From NCBI RefSeq assembly GCF_009914755.1, contig NC_060927.1: 64,000 bases of DNA; one strand, 5' to 3'. The notes beneath the pieces are model-generated. The model did not search any database. It saw nothing but the letters and a program-made list of their open reading frames with translations, and was not told the DNA's origin. Of the stretch, positions 28,446 to 43,705 are shown piece after piece (the first letter of the stretch is position 1; each line of letters starts with the position of its first letter). The stretch comes from the human T2T-CHM13v2.0 reference genome, Homo sapiens. Position numbers and translations under genes: made by a program.

Positions 28446-31400
28446 TTTCAGACCTTCTTTCAAAACATAAGTCAGATAACAAAACTTCTCACCTTATTAG
28501 AATTCAAACCCAAATCCCCCATGACTTTGCCTCCAGCTACATCTCAGACCTCATCTCCTACCCCTTTCCCACTTCTTACCAGCTCCCACCACTCACAAAC
28601 ACGCAAGGTATAATCCTGTCTAAATGACTTAGCAATTCTACATTCTGTCCCGGGAATTCTTTTCTTCAGCCATGGCCACTCAGATCACTGTTTAAGTTCC
28701 CTCAGTTCTCTATTAACATGTTACCTTTTTAGAGAGGTCTTTCTCAAGCATATAATATGAAATTAAGACTTTCTCTCTTCCCATTGTTTTGTTAAGTTCC
28801 CTTGTGTTATTTCTTATACCCTTTAATCACTACTTTGCACATGATGTATTGTTTTTTGTCTCTTTGCCACTACCAGAATTAAAAGCTCCAGGAAGAGTGA
28901 ATAAAATAGTCTTATTATTGCTTTCCATAGAATATCCCTGGCACATAGCAGGAACTCAGAAAGGACTGGTTAAATAAATTGTTAAATGAAACCAGCAAGA
29001 TTTATTTTCTTTTTAACTTAAAACAACAAAAGTGATCAACAGAATGGCTTAATTGCTTTAATGACCAGGAAATGTAGGTGAATGATAGAGAGGTCAGTGG
29101 ACTTGGCTAAGTCTTAAAATGAAACCCATGGTTTGGGTTGTCCCAAGATGAGAATGAACTCTAGAATCATTTTATGATCACTACATCAGTTTTTAATGTC
29201 ACCCAATATGTTTCATTTACTTCTATTGGTCTCCTGTTTCCTCTTCTGAAAAGTTATAAGCTTTATAATCTTCAAGTTAAACTCATACCATCTCCTCCTT
29301 AAAAGGAAACAGAAGCAATACTAATGTGCTCTGATTAAGATTAGAAAACCCTATTTAGAAGATTATTTGTGTGTGTGTGTGTGCTGTTCTCTAATAGAGC
29401 TTCCACATAATGGCTTTTAACTTTTCAATATAGAAAATGCTTGATGAGATATAGCTAGAACAATCTGATCTGATACTTGGGGCTTTATAGCTCTCATACA
29501 TTTTTGTTCAGAAAAAAAGGAATGATGAGCTAGCTGAGCATAATAATGTGAAAGAGAAAATGTGGTGATGGCATACTATTGTTCACTTAAAAATCTCTGA
29601 ACATCATACTTCCTTTATTTTGTGCATGTATGAGGCCAAAAATATGCCTGCCATTATAATCAACTTCTTATCCCGATCTAGGATATTTTTATGAATAAGA
29701 TAGCTATGTTTTGACTTGCTGTTTTATTTTCATTGTGCTGAACCTAGGGTTTTTTAATCTTCCTTTATAGAAACGAAAAAGTCTTGCAATGCTAGAACAA
29801 GCACATGATTTTAGAGGTTTCATTTTTAAAGGCCAATGTACTTATACATACACAATTAATTAGTTTTCTCAAAAAATATAATGTTCAATTTTGTCCCTTG
29901 TTCTTTAACATGTGATACATTATCAAAATACTGAGGTAAGGTTGCCAGGAGCTTAGCAAAGAAATGGCAATGTACATTCTTTTGTCCCCTAGAGTTAAGC
30001 TATTGTCACAGACATATCTATTAATTCCTACAGTTTAAACCGCATATATCTGTTCAATATGACCTCCTCAATTTGATTCACAAGAGTGTATTTTGAAGTA
30101 TTATAATTGAATCTGTACAGTGACCACAAGGAGGGCAGGTAAGGGCAGAATTTTATTTTTGATTTCTCTAGAGAAGATGATAACAATGAAGTGAATTATA
30201 ATTGAGTTCTACAAAACATGAAGACAGACAAATTTAGTTTTCAGATGTGTCTAAATACTTTATGCTTAGAGTTCAATACCACTTTAATATTTTATTTCTA
30301 AATAAGAAAATTACATTCTTTGAATTTTTGAAGATTGGGTGTGTTGGTAATGCCCTTGCCACTTCTGTCACCAAATCATTTTTTATTGCTTAATTTGTCA
30401 CTACTGTAAGGAAATTACCTTTACAACCAAAGTATTTAAGTTACGACCTGAACACAGATTGGATATTCAGTGATCCTACTCAGGCACTACTGTGTTAATT
30501 GAATATTTTCCTTATTATTGCAAATCTTGGGGGTTTTTGTATACTTATATATTTATTAAGTGCTAAAGATTAGAAACTCAAACTTAGCTTCTGACTTCTT
30601 TTTTAATTAAGGAAAAATATATGTCTCTAGTTATAAGTGTTCTTATTATTGTAATTTTTAAAAAATAATCAAAATTTTGGCAGAAATTAAGTGCATCTGA
30701 AATAGCAATAGAATGAAAAAGATTGTTAAGAATAGACATTCAATGATCCTATGAAATCTAGCTACCTTTATCACCCAACCCTTTTAAATAACTTTTCTCT
30801 TGGCAAAACAAGAGAAAGTTATTTTATTTCATTCTCAAGTTTTTGTAGAAATACATTTCTTCTGTAGAAGAAAACAATATATAGATCATGCAATTGTGTC
30901 CTAAGTCATTTAATAAACAGTTCTTCACTTGCCCAGCTTAATAATCAGTCCTAATGCCCAGCTTAATTTGGCCTTTCCAGTTGTTTCATTAATTTTACTG
31001 CAAAATATTTTCTAGTAATAGTAATAGATTAAATTCAACGCATATTTATTGTATAGCACACATGGCCAATAAATCCTGAAAAAGCACCTTGCCTGTAAGG
31101 TAAGTGCTATTATATTTACATTTTACAGAGAAGAAAACTAAACTTAAAAGTCAAAAACATAAAGCCAGTAAGTGGGTAAGCAGAACTTTAATGCAAATAT
31201 GTTGCTCTAAGCCCATGCTTATGACATTTGTTGTTTATTACTGAGAGAAGGGAAGTTACATGTACTGATTCCTTAATTCTTATCACATACTATGCAGGGT
31301 GAATTGCATATGTTACTTATTCCTTACCATGGCAATATAAATAATAAATATTTAATAACCCTATTGTACAGATGGGCAGTATTTGTTCCAGAAATCTGAG

Positions 31401-32575
31401 TTCTCTCATAACTAGACATAAAATCTTAAGAAACATATGTATGCCTCCCAAGAACCAACTTTTTAGATAAATGAGCATCTGGCTAGTGACTCTCTAAGCA
31501 ATTATGTACTCTCCACCTACGAAACTTAAAATATCTTATCTGAGGGATTCACCAGCAGGTACTGCCATTACACATACCACTCCACCATGATCCAGCATCA
31601 ATGTCTTGTGCAGACACTCCCTCCTGGGAGGAAAATATAATTGATGGTTATGCCTTTTCCCTTACCCCACTGTCAGACTCTGATTTCAGTAAAGCCCTAC
31701 CAAGGCCCTCCCTTTCCACCTGTAGGCTCTGGAGAATACATACATAGATCCTTCCTCTAAGAACGTTGCAGATGCTTGAGCAACATTATTTCCAAGTTAA
31801 CTTGCAGCTTTATTTCTGTGATTTTATGCTGATTCCCCATAGAAGTACAGTTGCTTTAACTAAGTTTATATTTTAAGTGGATGTTGGCCATGACATCTCA
31901 CTAAAGAAGTCCTCTTGTATACGGACCCCAGCTGAAGAAACAAAATGAAAATAAATGGGTGAAAGAATTCTCAAAGCTCAACATCCCTAAAGGCAAATTG
32001 ACAGAAATGTCTGTTCAAAGAAGACAAAATCATGAGATTTATGCTCAATAGCGTTTTTCTTTTTCTACTTCTGTGGGGGCAGAAGATGTGATTTAGCAGA
32101 TCTAGGAACTGGGAACTAAAAGTAAATAGTTCATCATTCTCCTCTCAGAGAAAGTCTTCTTATGGTACAGAGGAAAGATGAGATGAGGAGAAAAAGCCAA
32201 GAGAAACAGGCAAGATTGATCTTAATGCCTAGCTGTGCAGAATTTTAAGAATATTTCTGGGCATATTGTATATAAAGGAGAGGACATAAGTGGAAAGAAA
32301 AAAGCTGAAAATGGAGTGAAAGGTCAAAAAAAAATCCCAGCAAAACAAACTCTGAATAAAAGTCCCAGAAATTATAGATAGCATAAAGAGCCTAAGAGAA
32401 GTTATGTCTTCCTCTTAGGAATAAAAGATGAAAATAAGTGGAGCTATGAATAGAATTTATGATTCCACTAGTGACAGTTGTAAGCATGGAAAATGGTGCT
32501 TATGAATCTGGAGGTGAGGAGATGGAGAAAGCTTGGCAAACTGTCCTCATTGTTCAAATAATGTTACTGAGGCAT

Positions 32576-32594
32576 CGCTGCCACCCAGTGGCCA
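32576..32594 (-). promoter_or_regulatory. Candidate CTCF binding site
   Basis: Minus strand reads TGGCCACTGGGTGGCAGCG, one mismatch to the core CCASYAGRKGGCRS, in apparently unique sequence. Confidence 0.55.
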
Positions 32595-34444
32595 ACATCA
32601 ACTTTAATGCTATCTGTTCCTGTTTGAGGGGGTGAGTTTCAGTATTTTTAAAAAAGAAGATATGAAGAAACAGTAAAGTCACTGCCATTGCTTCTCCAAC
32701 AACCTCTAATTTGTGTTCTTTTCCAAGGCTCTTCTACTTGTAGGAGCCTATACTTATCTCAGTAGGTGCTTATCTCTTATGGAAAAGAATAGAAAATTAC
32801 TTCATCAGGATTGTGTTTTAGTGACGCATCATTGTATTTTTCCATTTAGAAGGATTGGCTCATCTTTAATTTTTTTAATTTAAATATTTAATTGGCAGTC
32901 CTATATAGAAGGCTAAGCATTCAGTTTTTCTTACAAGATATTCGACAACCAACTGGCAGAATTTACCTTTTATCCCCTCACAGCATGATTTGACACGATG
33001 TTTTCTCCCAACTACTGTGTGCTAAAAGGGTCAGTCAAATAACTCTACATACAGTCCCAAGCTCTGAGGAAATTGTAGCATCAGGAGGGATGTAGAGAAG
33101 ATGTAGAGAGAAAGAGTAAAACAGAGCTTCTTGCAACTTAAATCTTTGCTGCCTTAGTCTCAAAGCCTTGGAACTCAAGAAAACCACAGATTTACAGAGC
33201 TTTGACTGTATTTATAACAAGCTATCTCTATAGTTTTTCTCCACCATTGTTAATCATATTGCAGAATATCTTCCTTCTCAGTGTTAATAAATAAAATCAC
33301 CACATTTTGTGGAAAAGTTTGGAACTAAATAATCTGGAAATTACCAACCTATGCTTCTGCCATATGGCACTGGGAGGCAGATACACAGACCTAGGCTTAG
33401 AATAATGTAGTCACAGATTCTGAACACATTCAGTTCTTTTCCTCCCTAGTAAGTGGTTCATCCAATTAATCCATAAGGACAGTGTCTGCTTTCTAAACTC
33501 TGGCAATCCAACACAACCACAGCATAGGCAACTGTAAAATAGATACAGGTTTTAAATTGAACCCTCTGCTTCCTTCTGTTAGAAATTGTCCTCATTCATT
33601 TTACTTTCTGTTCTTCTATCTTAATAGTTCTATTTTAAGTTTTTCTCCCAGTCTTTTTTTCTCTCTGAATAAATGGAAGAAGTGTTTAGCTGTCAAGAGG
33701 AAAGTATGGATGAAGAAGAGATGTTCAGGACTAAGTGCTCCTTAGTTTATTTCTGATTAAAGTGGTTGTTGCTAGTAACATCATATCGTTGACTTCCAAA
33801 CACTGCAAGTATCTTCCATTAGTCAACTCAAATGCAGAAGGATCCCCCCAGAAGAACAATTATATGAATACATCTTTGGAAGACAAAATTTTCAAGGGGA
33901 AGAAAAATAAAATGTTAGATCAGACGCAGAATAGCTGAGTGTTTTTCTCCTCTGCTCTTATTTTATCTAGTCCTTCTACCATGTAAAGGAGGCCCCAGAC
34001 CCGTCAGCCATACACCAGCTTACCACCTTCAAAGGTTTTGCCTTGTTTTTTATGTTTACTGTGATTTATTTAATCCTTTTTCTTTAAATTCACTTTTACT
34101 TAGCTTCATTCTAGATAATAAAATGGCAGAAATTATCACTTTGATGCTATTTTTTGTATAATTCCCATGAAAAGAAACATAACTATTAAAGAAAAATGTC
34201 TGCTACTCAAAAGCCAAAACCTGAAAGTTGAAGAGAAGAAAATAAAAAATGATATCTTTCTGTAGCATGCTTGGTATCTCTTTTCTCTCTCCCTCTGTCT
34301 CTCACACACATACAGACACACACTCAAACACATAATGGCAATTTGAGAGTATATTGATCTAAATGTTTAAGAATTAGATAGTTGAAAGAAGTAATGTAAA
34401 AAATATAATAATTTAAAGAATTGAAAGTAACTTCATATGAAAAT

Positions 34445-35590
34445 TGTACTTCTGGCCATAATGAAATAATAAGGACCAGACTTAACCTCCTGCTATAAAC
34501 ACAGAAACTGGATGAAATATCTAAAATAAAGTATTTTTAGGCTTTAGGCAGTAGGCAGCCCAGGACTATTATCCCTGAGGAAAGGGAAACAATAGTGTGA
34601 GCCCTACAACCTCCCTAGCTTCCTGCCTAGAGGAAATTTCTGTACCATGGCCACATGGAAGGGGAAACCAGACAGAATCTAGCAGTCTTAGGGAGTTGAG
34701 GACAGCAATTGGAGTTCAGAGAGGCTGAATTCCTTTGAAGCTGTAGGACAGAGTTACAGAAAGGAGAGAACTATAAAAACAAAACAAAACAAAAACCTAG
34801 CTGCAGATTTGTTACTGGAATCACCTTGAGTCTTTGTTGAGTACTAGACAGTGCACATAGGAGTAAAACTCCATGAACTCAGACAACAAGCAACCTCGGA
34901 TTTGTAAGCAGAATAATTTCTAGAGCTCACAAAAGCCAGGGTGTCATTCAAGCACCACCCAATCAGCATGAAGAGTCCTCGGTAGTCACTTGAGGACGTT
35001 CAGTACAGACTCCAAATGATCATGCTTTAGTGAAATTATCCCAGGAGTAAATGCTACTTAAAACCATCCCTGGCCAGGTACAGTGGCTCACACCTGTAAT
35101 CTCAGCACTTTGGGAGGCTGAAGCAGATGGATTGCTTGAGCCCAGGAGTTCAAGACCAGCCTGGGCAACATGGTGAAATACCATCTCTACAAAAAAATAC
35201 ACTAGGCATGATGGCACATAACTGTAATCCCAGCTACTGGAGGGGTTGAGGTGGGAGGATCACTTGAGCCCAGGAGGTCACAGCTATAGTGAGCTGTGAT
35301 CGTGCCACCACGCTCTAGCCAGGGTGACAGAGCAAGACCCTGTTCAAAAACAAAACAAAACAAAACAAAATAACAACAACAAACCCAGCCCTAATACATC
35401 TTCAAAACAATACTCAAAGCAATCAAACTGGTCTGCAACTTAAGTGTCAAAACACTCATTAAAGACAAGAAAATCCAGACACTTAACAATATAACAATCA
35501 CAATGTCCAACATTCAATAGGAAATCATTGGGCATGACAAGAGGCAGGAAAATGTGACCCATAACAAGGAGGAAAAGTATTTCAAAGAGA
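34445..35590 (+). mobile_element. Old L1M 5'-region-like remnant interrupted by an Alu
   Basis: Resembles recalled L1M 5'UTR/ORF1-start sequence (cacaatgtccaacattcaat...gcaggaaaatgtgacccataac); family uncertain. Confidence 0.5.
35072..35380 (+). mobile_element. AluJ-like element
   Basis: Full dimer with (CAAAA)n tail; degenerate TSD aaaccatccct / aacccagccct. Confidence 0.92.
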
Positions 35591-37370
35591 ATATAAGCAT
35601 GAGTACAGAAGTGAAAAAATAAAAGGAACTCAAGCACCCTCACACACGTATCACTTTGATCCTTATACCAATCAATTAAGGCATGACACAATATTATTTA
35701 ACCCCATGTTATAGATGAGAAAACCAAGTCATAGGTATTGTAAATAAACTGCCAAAAAGACATGAACCCCATAGTTTTTAGAGTCAAACTAGAACCCAAG
35801 TCTTTTGAATCATTAATGTTCTTCAGTAGATGGTAGCATAAATCATAGTTAAAGGAGGTTACTGTGGATAGTAGTGGACTATGGTAAATTTTCTTAGATC
35901 ATTGCAAGGCAAAATTATCAAGAAAAACTGTGCATGTGTAAATGTATGCCTGTGTGTATGCATGTGCATGTGTGTACCTGTGTGTACATGCATAAAGGCT
36001 ATGCCATACAGATTATACAATTCCACACAATAATTACTCTTATTCTTATAAAGTTCATTTTACTATGCTGTGCTCAAATCTTAATATAGTTACCATTATA
36101 AAAATGACTTTTCTAATGGAACGAGGACTAACTCTTCCCCAATTCTAAAAGCAGGGCTCCAAAACATTGCCCTAAGGATGTAACTGGAGAAAAACGGAGG
36201 AAATTAGTTTTAAACTAAAAGCCACTTTTATGTGGCGAGGTCAGTATAACTCAGGAAAGAGTTTAAAAATTGAACTTACAAAACTTTCGTTACTGGAAAT
36301 TTCTAAAAAACAACAATTTGTCTGGAAAAGGTCTGTATAACTTTTCTTAGAGGAAGAAGGCTAACTAGAAGATGTGTGACAGACTCTTTTAATTCTAATG
36401 TTCCATATCCATTATTCTTTCCTTATAATATCCATTATTCTTTCCTTAGTCACTGTGAATACATTTGAATGTTATATCCTATGGAAGGGATGTAAATTTC
36501 AGAGTATTAAAATATTCCCTTTTTATGCTGTACTCTGAAAAATGTAGGAGCTTACTATCATTTTTGAGTTATGTTACATTTAGAGCACGGGAATAGAAAT
36601 GGCCAGGGATATGCAAGAGTCCATATAAGACCTCACTAATGTGAACACTTTGATGAATACAAACCAGTGCTTCCTTATGAGTGTACTGTAAAGACATATG
36701 TATATACTTATTTATAATATGTATAATAATTTTAAAAAGTATGTAAAAATGACACATATGCATATATATACATGCAATCATGCATGTGTGCATGTGCACA
36801 CACATATATTTGAGAAACACTACATAGAAACACAGTATTTTTTCTTAAAGATTCACAATGCCTATTAACATGTTAAAGGTTTTGAAAAATTGTGCAATAA
36901 CTTTTCATGCATTGGCAAACTACTCAGATTGGAATCTTGTTTTGAAAAATAACTGTTAATATCTTGCAGAGCTATTATTCCCTTGAAATCCAGTCTGGGA
37001 AACAATGTTAAAGATGCTAGCTTCAAAACTTTGGTGCTGAAATAGGACTTCTTAAATATAAACACAAGCTTATACCCTAGTAATTATTTGCTCTTGTTAG
37101 ATTCAGTTTCCTTATACAACAAATAGAATAGTGATATCTATCTCAAAAATTTGTGTGAGATTTTAAATTATAAACCTTATTCTACACAGTATCAGGTGCA
37201 AAGTAAATTTTCAATAAATATTAATCATATTGGCTATAATTTGATTAAATAGATGAAATTGTGGAGAAAAGCTTTTTTCATTAAAAATCGTGGGTTGTTA
37301 CTGCAAGAGAACTATGAGAAAACCCAGAGTAAAAAGGCATATCATGTTCAATATTCAAAAGAAGATATAT

Positions 37371-37680
<310 letters not shown>

Positions 37681-39208
37681 AAGGTATATTATATATTTTC
37701 ATTCACTTGACACCCTTTACAACCAAAGTAGGGGCAAAACATCCCAATATAGTGGCTCTCCAAGTTTCAGGAGGATCTTTACTAGCCTTTTTAGGCAAAT
37801 AGAGATTTCTCTATTAAATAAAACCAGAAAAAGCTATCATTTTAAATGGAAATAATAACTGACCCCAAAGCAGTAACCAAATAGAACAGTTTGAAACGTC
37901 CGTTTCATTTAAATTTAGATGTTTTCAAAATGTTCATTTTTTAAAATTTAAAACCCTACTTTAAGTTTCTCTCAAAATTATTCCTACACTAAAAAGTAGA
38001 CAGTGAATCTAATGGTTGACATTACTTTTCACTGAACTCTTTTGACTTTAGTTGACATTGGTAATTATCAACCAAGAAGTAATCACTTGCATATTTGAGG
38101 CCTCAACTTAGTATATGGCAGTAATTGACATTGAGGGAAATTTCAGGACATTATTCTTTTAAGAACAAAATCAAACTTTTCAGAGAAGTTTGTTGCATCT
38201 TCATCTACAGAACAGCATTCAAACATGAGCAACTAGAGTGTCATTTGCCAGAAAACTTTTGAATTGGACTTTCTGCCTAAGAATTAGTTTGTTCTTAGCA
38301 GAGTCGGCCTTAGAGACAAATCTAAATTTGAGATCAGCTCCCTGACTTTCAAATTCTGCAGATTTGAGCAAGATATTTTGCTATTCTGTGATTTGTCTTA
38401 CTTATAAAAGAGAAATGATGTCATCTGTTATATGAGGTTGCAGAGGTAAGAAATAAGTGAGATCACACATGGAAAGCACCTAGAAGGGGACCCAGCAAGG
38501 TTTAAGTACCAAAAGATGGTAATTATATGTCTATCTATCCATAAGCTAGAAACAGAAAATTAAATATTTGTAGGTTAAAGCACATTAAAAAACAAATTCT
38601 TTAAAAATCATTTCATGACATTTTATGTATTCCTTGCCATCACATAAGTAAGATGGGTAAAGAAAATCTCCATGTCTTTGCTTGCCATTCCCCAAATAAA
38701 TAACCCCCACCCATCCTACGTCTGCTTGGCTAGCTCCAACACTCTTTCTTTTGTAAGTTTTTCTCTACTCCTATCCCTGGCTGAGTTCATTATTTTATCC
38801 TCTGTGGGACTTATTTGGACTAATTATTCAATTTAGCCTGTATTTGTCCTGTCATTGATCCTTTACTATCCATGTAATCCTGGCTGGCAAGAGAAGGTGT
38901 TTACAAGGATCATTTTTCAGCTAGTTGCCATACCTCAGAACTCAAATGGCTACTGAAACTGTATTAAATGTAGTTGCTCATTCTGGAAGCCAGGGTACAA
39001 ATTTCACACAAATTGTGATACCAAATACCATACAAATGTTCTCTATGTAATCTTGGATTACTTCATGGTTTTTTTGAAGATCTACTTAGTCTGATTTACA
39101 GACTCCTAGAGCAGAGTGATATCATGAAAGCAGGCTGCAATCTGTTTCTATACCATTGGGCAAAAAGTGCTAGGCTGTCTACTAATGCAGTGGCATTAAA
39201 ATAACCAT

Positions 39209-39350
39209 GGCTGGGTGTAGTGGCTCATGCCTATAATCCCAGCACTTTGGGAATCTGAGGTGAGGGGATTGCTCGAGGCCAGGAGTTTGAGACCAGCCTG
39301 GGCAACATAGCAAGACCCCATCTCTAAAAAAGAAAAATAAATAAAAGAAA
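39209..39350 (+). mobile_element. FLAM_C-like Alu monomer
   Basis: Single left arm with A tail; flanks aaaataacca / aaaacaacca. Confidence 0.85.
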
Positions 39351-39411
39351 AACAACCACTACCTACAAAAAAAATGCATTTAACATTTCAGACTTCTCCT
39401 TTTCCTCCTCC

Positions 39412-39438
39412 CTCTCTTTGTCTCTCTCTCTCTCTTTT

Positions 39439-39488
<50 letters not shown>
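39412..39488. repeat. Compound (CT)n(CA)n microsatellite
   Basis: Direct reading. Confidence 0.95.
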
Positions 39489-39491
<3 letters not shown>

Positions 39492-41252
39492 CTTGTATAC
39501 ACACATAACTAAAAGAAAATATTCACAACATAATACTTTATAATGAGTGAGGGACTTCTACTCCAGTTCAGTTCTATTTTATTCCATTTTATTTTTTGAT
39601 GCTGGTTATGTCATACTAAATTAATTTCTCATATTCCCAGAAAATTAGTGAGTGCTTAACAGCACATGAAACATTATATAACTCTCCTGTGAATTTTTGG
39701 GACCTTTGTTGTATAAGATATTTCACAAGTGCTCTACTTTCATATCAGTTTTCCCAACAAAATACTTGAATGTTGCAATGTTAAAAAAAATTAGATTGCA
39801 TAAATAAAAGATATCTAAGAAGGTGTTTCTTTAAATGAGAAATGCTGTGCATCAAGGTCATAGTTTTCTAAATCCATAATACTAGCTTCTAATTTTATCC
39901 ATGATTAGTATGACGGCCACTAGACATCTCCCACACACATTGCACAGTTATAAATTTGTTTTTACAATGAACGGTAGCTTCATAAACATGATGCATGAAA
40001 GATACACTTCCTGTGCTGTTCTCCAGACAGCTGGAGAGGAAAAGTCAAATCCTTTATACAAAGTCTCCTTGTTGTCATTACATATGGTCTGTAGTTTCCA
40101 GACAGAGTGTCACCCTAGAAGTTGGCAACGAGGTAGAGGAAAATGTCAGCCTTTTGCTTGAAGTTAAATGAAGTTCACCACTTGAAGAAGCAGTCCAGCC
40201 CCTAACTGGGTTCTTATGTGGACTCACTGAAGATGAAACTACAGTATCTGCCCAATTTCAAGGGAGCAAATGTAATTTTAATGCAAGAAAAGACTAGATG
40301 CATTTAATTAGACAGTATCCACAAAGGTACTGGAGAAAGATAATGAGTGAAAAAGGATTCATTTCTTAAACAGGACTCTAGACTCTACATAAGTAGCATG
40401 ATGCCTTTTCAGCTCTATTATTTCAGGGAAAATGTGAAAAACAGCCTTTACCTTAGTCTGATGATATTCTCCATTATAAGAGCCTAACTCTCTTTGTTCT
40501 GGCTGCAGCCTTCTGATAGAACAGTTCTCAGTGTCGCTGGTTTCTAATGCAGATGTTCCTTGTGGAAAGAGAATACAGTGAACGTTCTAACTCCTTGGCA
40601 GTTCTTGATCAGTATAAATTAATACAATTGAATCTTGACTAATAAGATGAAGACCACAGATCTTTAAAGTAGGTAAAAAACTTTAAGAGCATTTCAACCT
40701 CTTTCTTTCACAAATCTGGAAATTGGGAACCAGAGGGTGATGTGACTTTCCAAAGCTGCGGATTAAAAGTTTATCTAGGTTGAAATGTCTCCCACAGTAG
40801 AGTACTCCAGAGTAAATGGAAATAATTAACAGTCCTCCTTCATTCGATTATTCTAGTTTCACTGGGAAAAACTGCCATTTCTGAGCATGCAAACCTGAGA
40901 CTTTCTCCCCCAGCAGCACACCATCAAAGAGGCACAATTTGAGGGACCAAAATTTCCTACTGGGGGCAGAGAAATCTGAATCTAAACCCAGCTGTGTGGC
41001 ATCAGGCAATTTTTATGATTTATTTAAACTTTCATTTTCTTATCTTGGGACATTAATACCACATGAATTATACCTAACCTACAAAGTTAATGTAATGATG
41101 TAATAAGTACCTACTAAATGTTAGTTGTTATTGAAATGTGATTTTTTTCTCTCTCTTATGTCTGAACTCCCTATAAATGGAACCCTGAAACTGAACTTCT
41201 GTCCCTATTTTCATTTCCAGGTTTTGGACACAGGTAGCACTAAACTGTCTGC

Positions 41253-41442
41253 TGCAATGATTCTCAGACAGTGGCCCCCAAAGAATACTATCATCACTAC
41301 ATGGGAGCTTGTTAGAAATACAAATTATCAGGCTCCATCCCAAATCTCCTGAATCAGACATGCTAAGGGTGAAGACCAGAAATCTGTGTTTTAAAAAACC
41401 CTCCAAGGAATTCTGATATATGCTAAAAGTTGAGAGCCACTA
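41253..41442. mobile_element. MER5A-like hAT-Charlie fossil
   Basis: caatgattctca...catgggagcttgttagaaatacaaat...ctgaatcagac...ttgagagccacta. Confidence 0.8.
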
Positions 41443-43705
41443 GTTTACTGGATTCAGAGGGAGTAGAGACAGAAATTGGCAAAAGGTGGTGTGATTAAGT
41501 CAAAGGACTCAATTTGAAGGCAGCTTCTAAAAGAAGACTGGACACGCATTAGAAAAACAGCTGTGAGTCAAAGCATCAGTCACAAGGGGCAGGGGTGGGA
41601 TGGGGGTGGGGACAAGACAGGGCAAAATGCTCCGAGTCAGGAGATATTCCATCTCTAATGCACCTCCAGATAGAATGGAAAGTTCCCTTTAGACAAGTGG
41701 GGAAGACGATTTCATGGGCTGTGAGCCCAGAAACTTCATTATCCCAATTCACCTTAAGTCTATTAATTCTGTTAAATTCTAACATACCATAAAGAACGTT
41801 CACACAGAACAGCTCTTTGGGGTAAATCATAGATCCTCTTAGTCTGAAGGTTGATACTGATAGGCTATTATGACAACAAATATGACCCATAATTTCTTTC
41901 TAAATCTTATCATCATGATTTCAATGAAGTATTCTTAGAAAGTTACTTTGAATTTCTCAGCTTAGTAACAGAAGCAGAAACACCACACTTTGGCCTGGTT
42001 TAGCCCCTGACTCTTGGCCAAAAATGTAGCAACTACAACAATCAGCAGTGATCTAGCATCTGAAGAAAAATTCTGGAAGGAGGCCATAACTGCACGCAAA
42101 CTGTATCCATGGGAGGAGGGATCAATCTCTTTACTCCATAGCCAGAGACATTTGTTATATTTATTTTCAAACTCTTACCTCACATTCTGCTATCTGTGCA
42201 CATGTGCAGATGCCATGAGTAAAAGGAACAGGCCCACCCCTCTCTGTTCTGCACAACACCAGAGAGTTAATCTATTGAAGTCCCCTGCTTAGGAATATAA
42301 AATCTTTAATCTCTTGCAGATGAAATTTAGTCTCATCCTTTGTCTTATTCCAAAGACTGGAGTCTGTCTTGGAAATCAAGTTAACTCCCTGATTGCCTTT
42401 CAACATAGTCCCTGGACCTAGCTGCCTGAGATCCCATACATTTCCAGTGGCTCCCTGTCTCATTTCTATGCTTTACTTCTGTCTTTCTTTTCCACCTAAA
42501 GTATTTTCTAGCTTAACCAAGTTACCACCTTGATTCCCTTTAATTAATTCACTCATCCAAGCAATAAATATTATGTGCATACTTAGCATCACCACCTACA
42601 AGTTACTGAGAACTGCAGAAGTCCTGTTTCTACCCTCACATTGGCTCACAACTTAGAGGTAAGAGACAGACAAGGTGACAGACATTTCCAACATGGTGTG
42701 AGTAGTTTACAAGCTTCTAGAGGATGGGAACTCTGTTCTATTTACAGACATCATTCATGACCTCTAGCACACCCGAGCTGCCCACCTCACTAGAGTTTAC
42801 ACTACAGTGATACTGAGTTGAAATTAGGTCTAAAAATGGTGAAATCTTGTTTAAAGTTGTCCTTTTGGGGAAATGAATAGCAAAGAAAGTGGAATATCTA
42901 AGGAAAAAAATGCCTTTTCTGAGAAATTTTACAATTAAATGAAGGAGATACAAAAGAGATAAAAAGAAAATGAGAAAGCATTTGTGGGCTGACTCAGAAG
43001 AACCTCAAATGAGAGGTTCTCAGGCAGGAACAAGAATTCCCAGAAAGCCTGGCAAAGAACAGGCTCTCAAGTCATTCTTTTTGGTTTGGAGTGCCTGGCA
43101 TTTGATGCAACCACTGCTGCCCCTTGCCCCATTCCCTTTAGGGAAATCTATTTACTTCACCTTGCCTCACCCTAGGACAGAAAATCTTTGTTTGACCTCC
43201 CATTTGCTTCTACCATTGCTGAAAACACTCAGTTTCTCCTAGAATAATTGCAGCTTGATATTTTATATCTTCATTTGCTATGTTGTTGACCAGGTGGTAG
43301 AAAAATATATTTTGCATCTTGATTATTATTGTATTAAAAGTTCTTACCTTTTATGACCATAAAAATGAGTACTAAAATACCCAGACTTTAAAAATCAATG
43401 TCACAAATCACATCTAATTGAAAAGTAAACAAATTCTTTCTTGTATGCCCTTTGTTATGGGATCAAATTTGTTTTTTTCTGTGAATCTTCAGATTAAATA
43501 ATTTTAAGGGTATACTGCAAGGATATGCTTGAATCTGCTACATCTACCTATATAGTATACGCAGTATACAAAGTAGTCAAAGTAGATGATGGTGGAATTA
43601 GTACTACCGATTGTCCTGATACAAATCATTTAAATCACATGAAATTTTGTGAATCAAATGAACTTGGAAAATTTTCTTTAGTAGACAGTTAGCAAAGCTG
43701 ATTTG

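Noticed and set aside
36405-36450. Short local tandem duplications (also near 6200, 10930, 25540 and 28270)
   Set aside because: Ordinary replication-slippage products with no shared motif or organisation.
41200-41240. Strong acceptor ttttcatttccag|g followed by cag|gtagca
   Set aside because: It would give only a ~13-nt exon with a weak donor; no other support.
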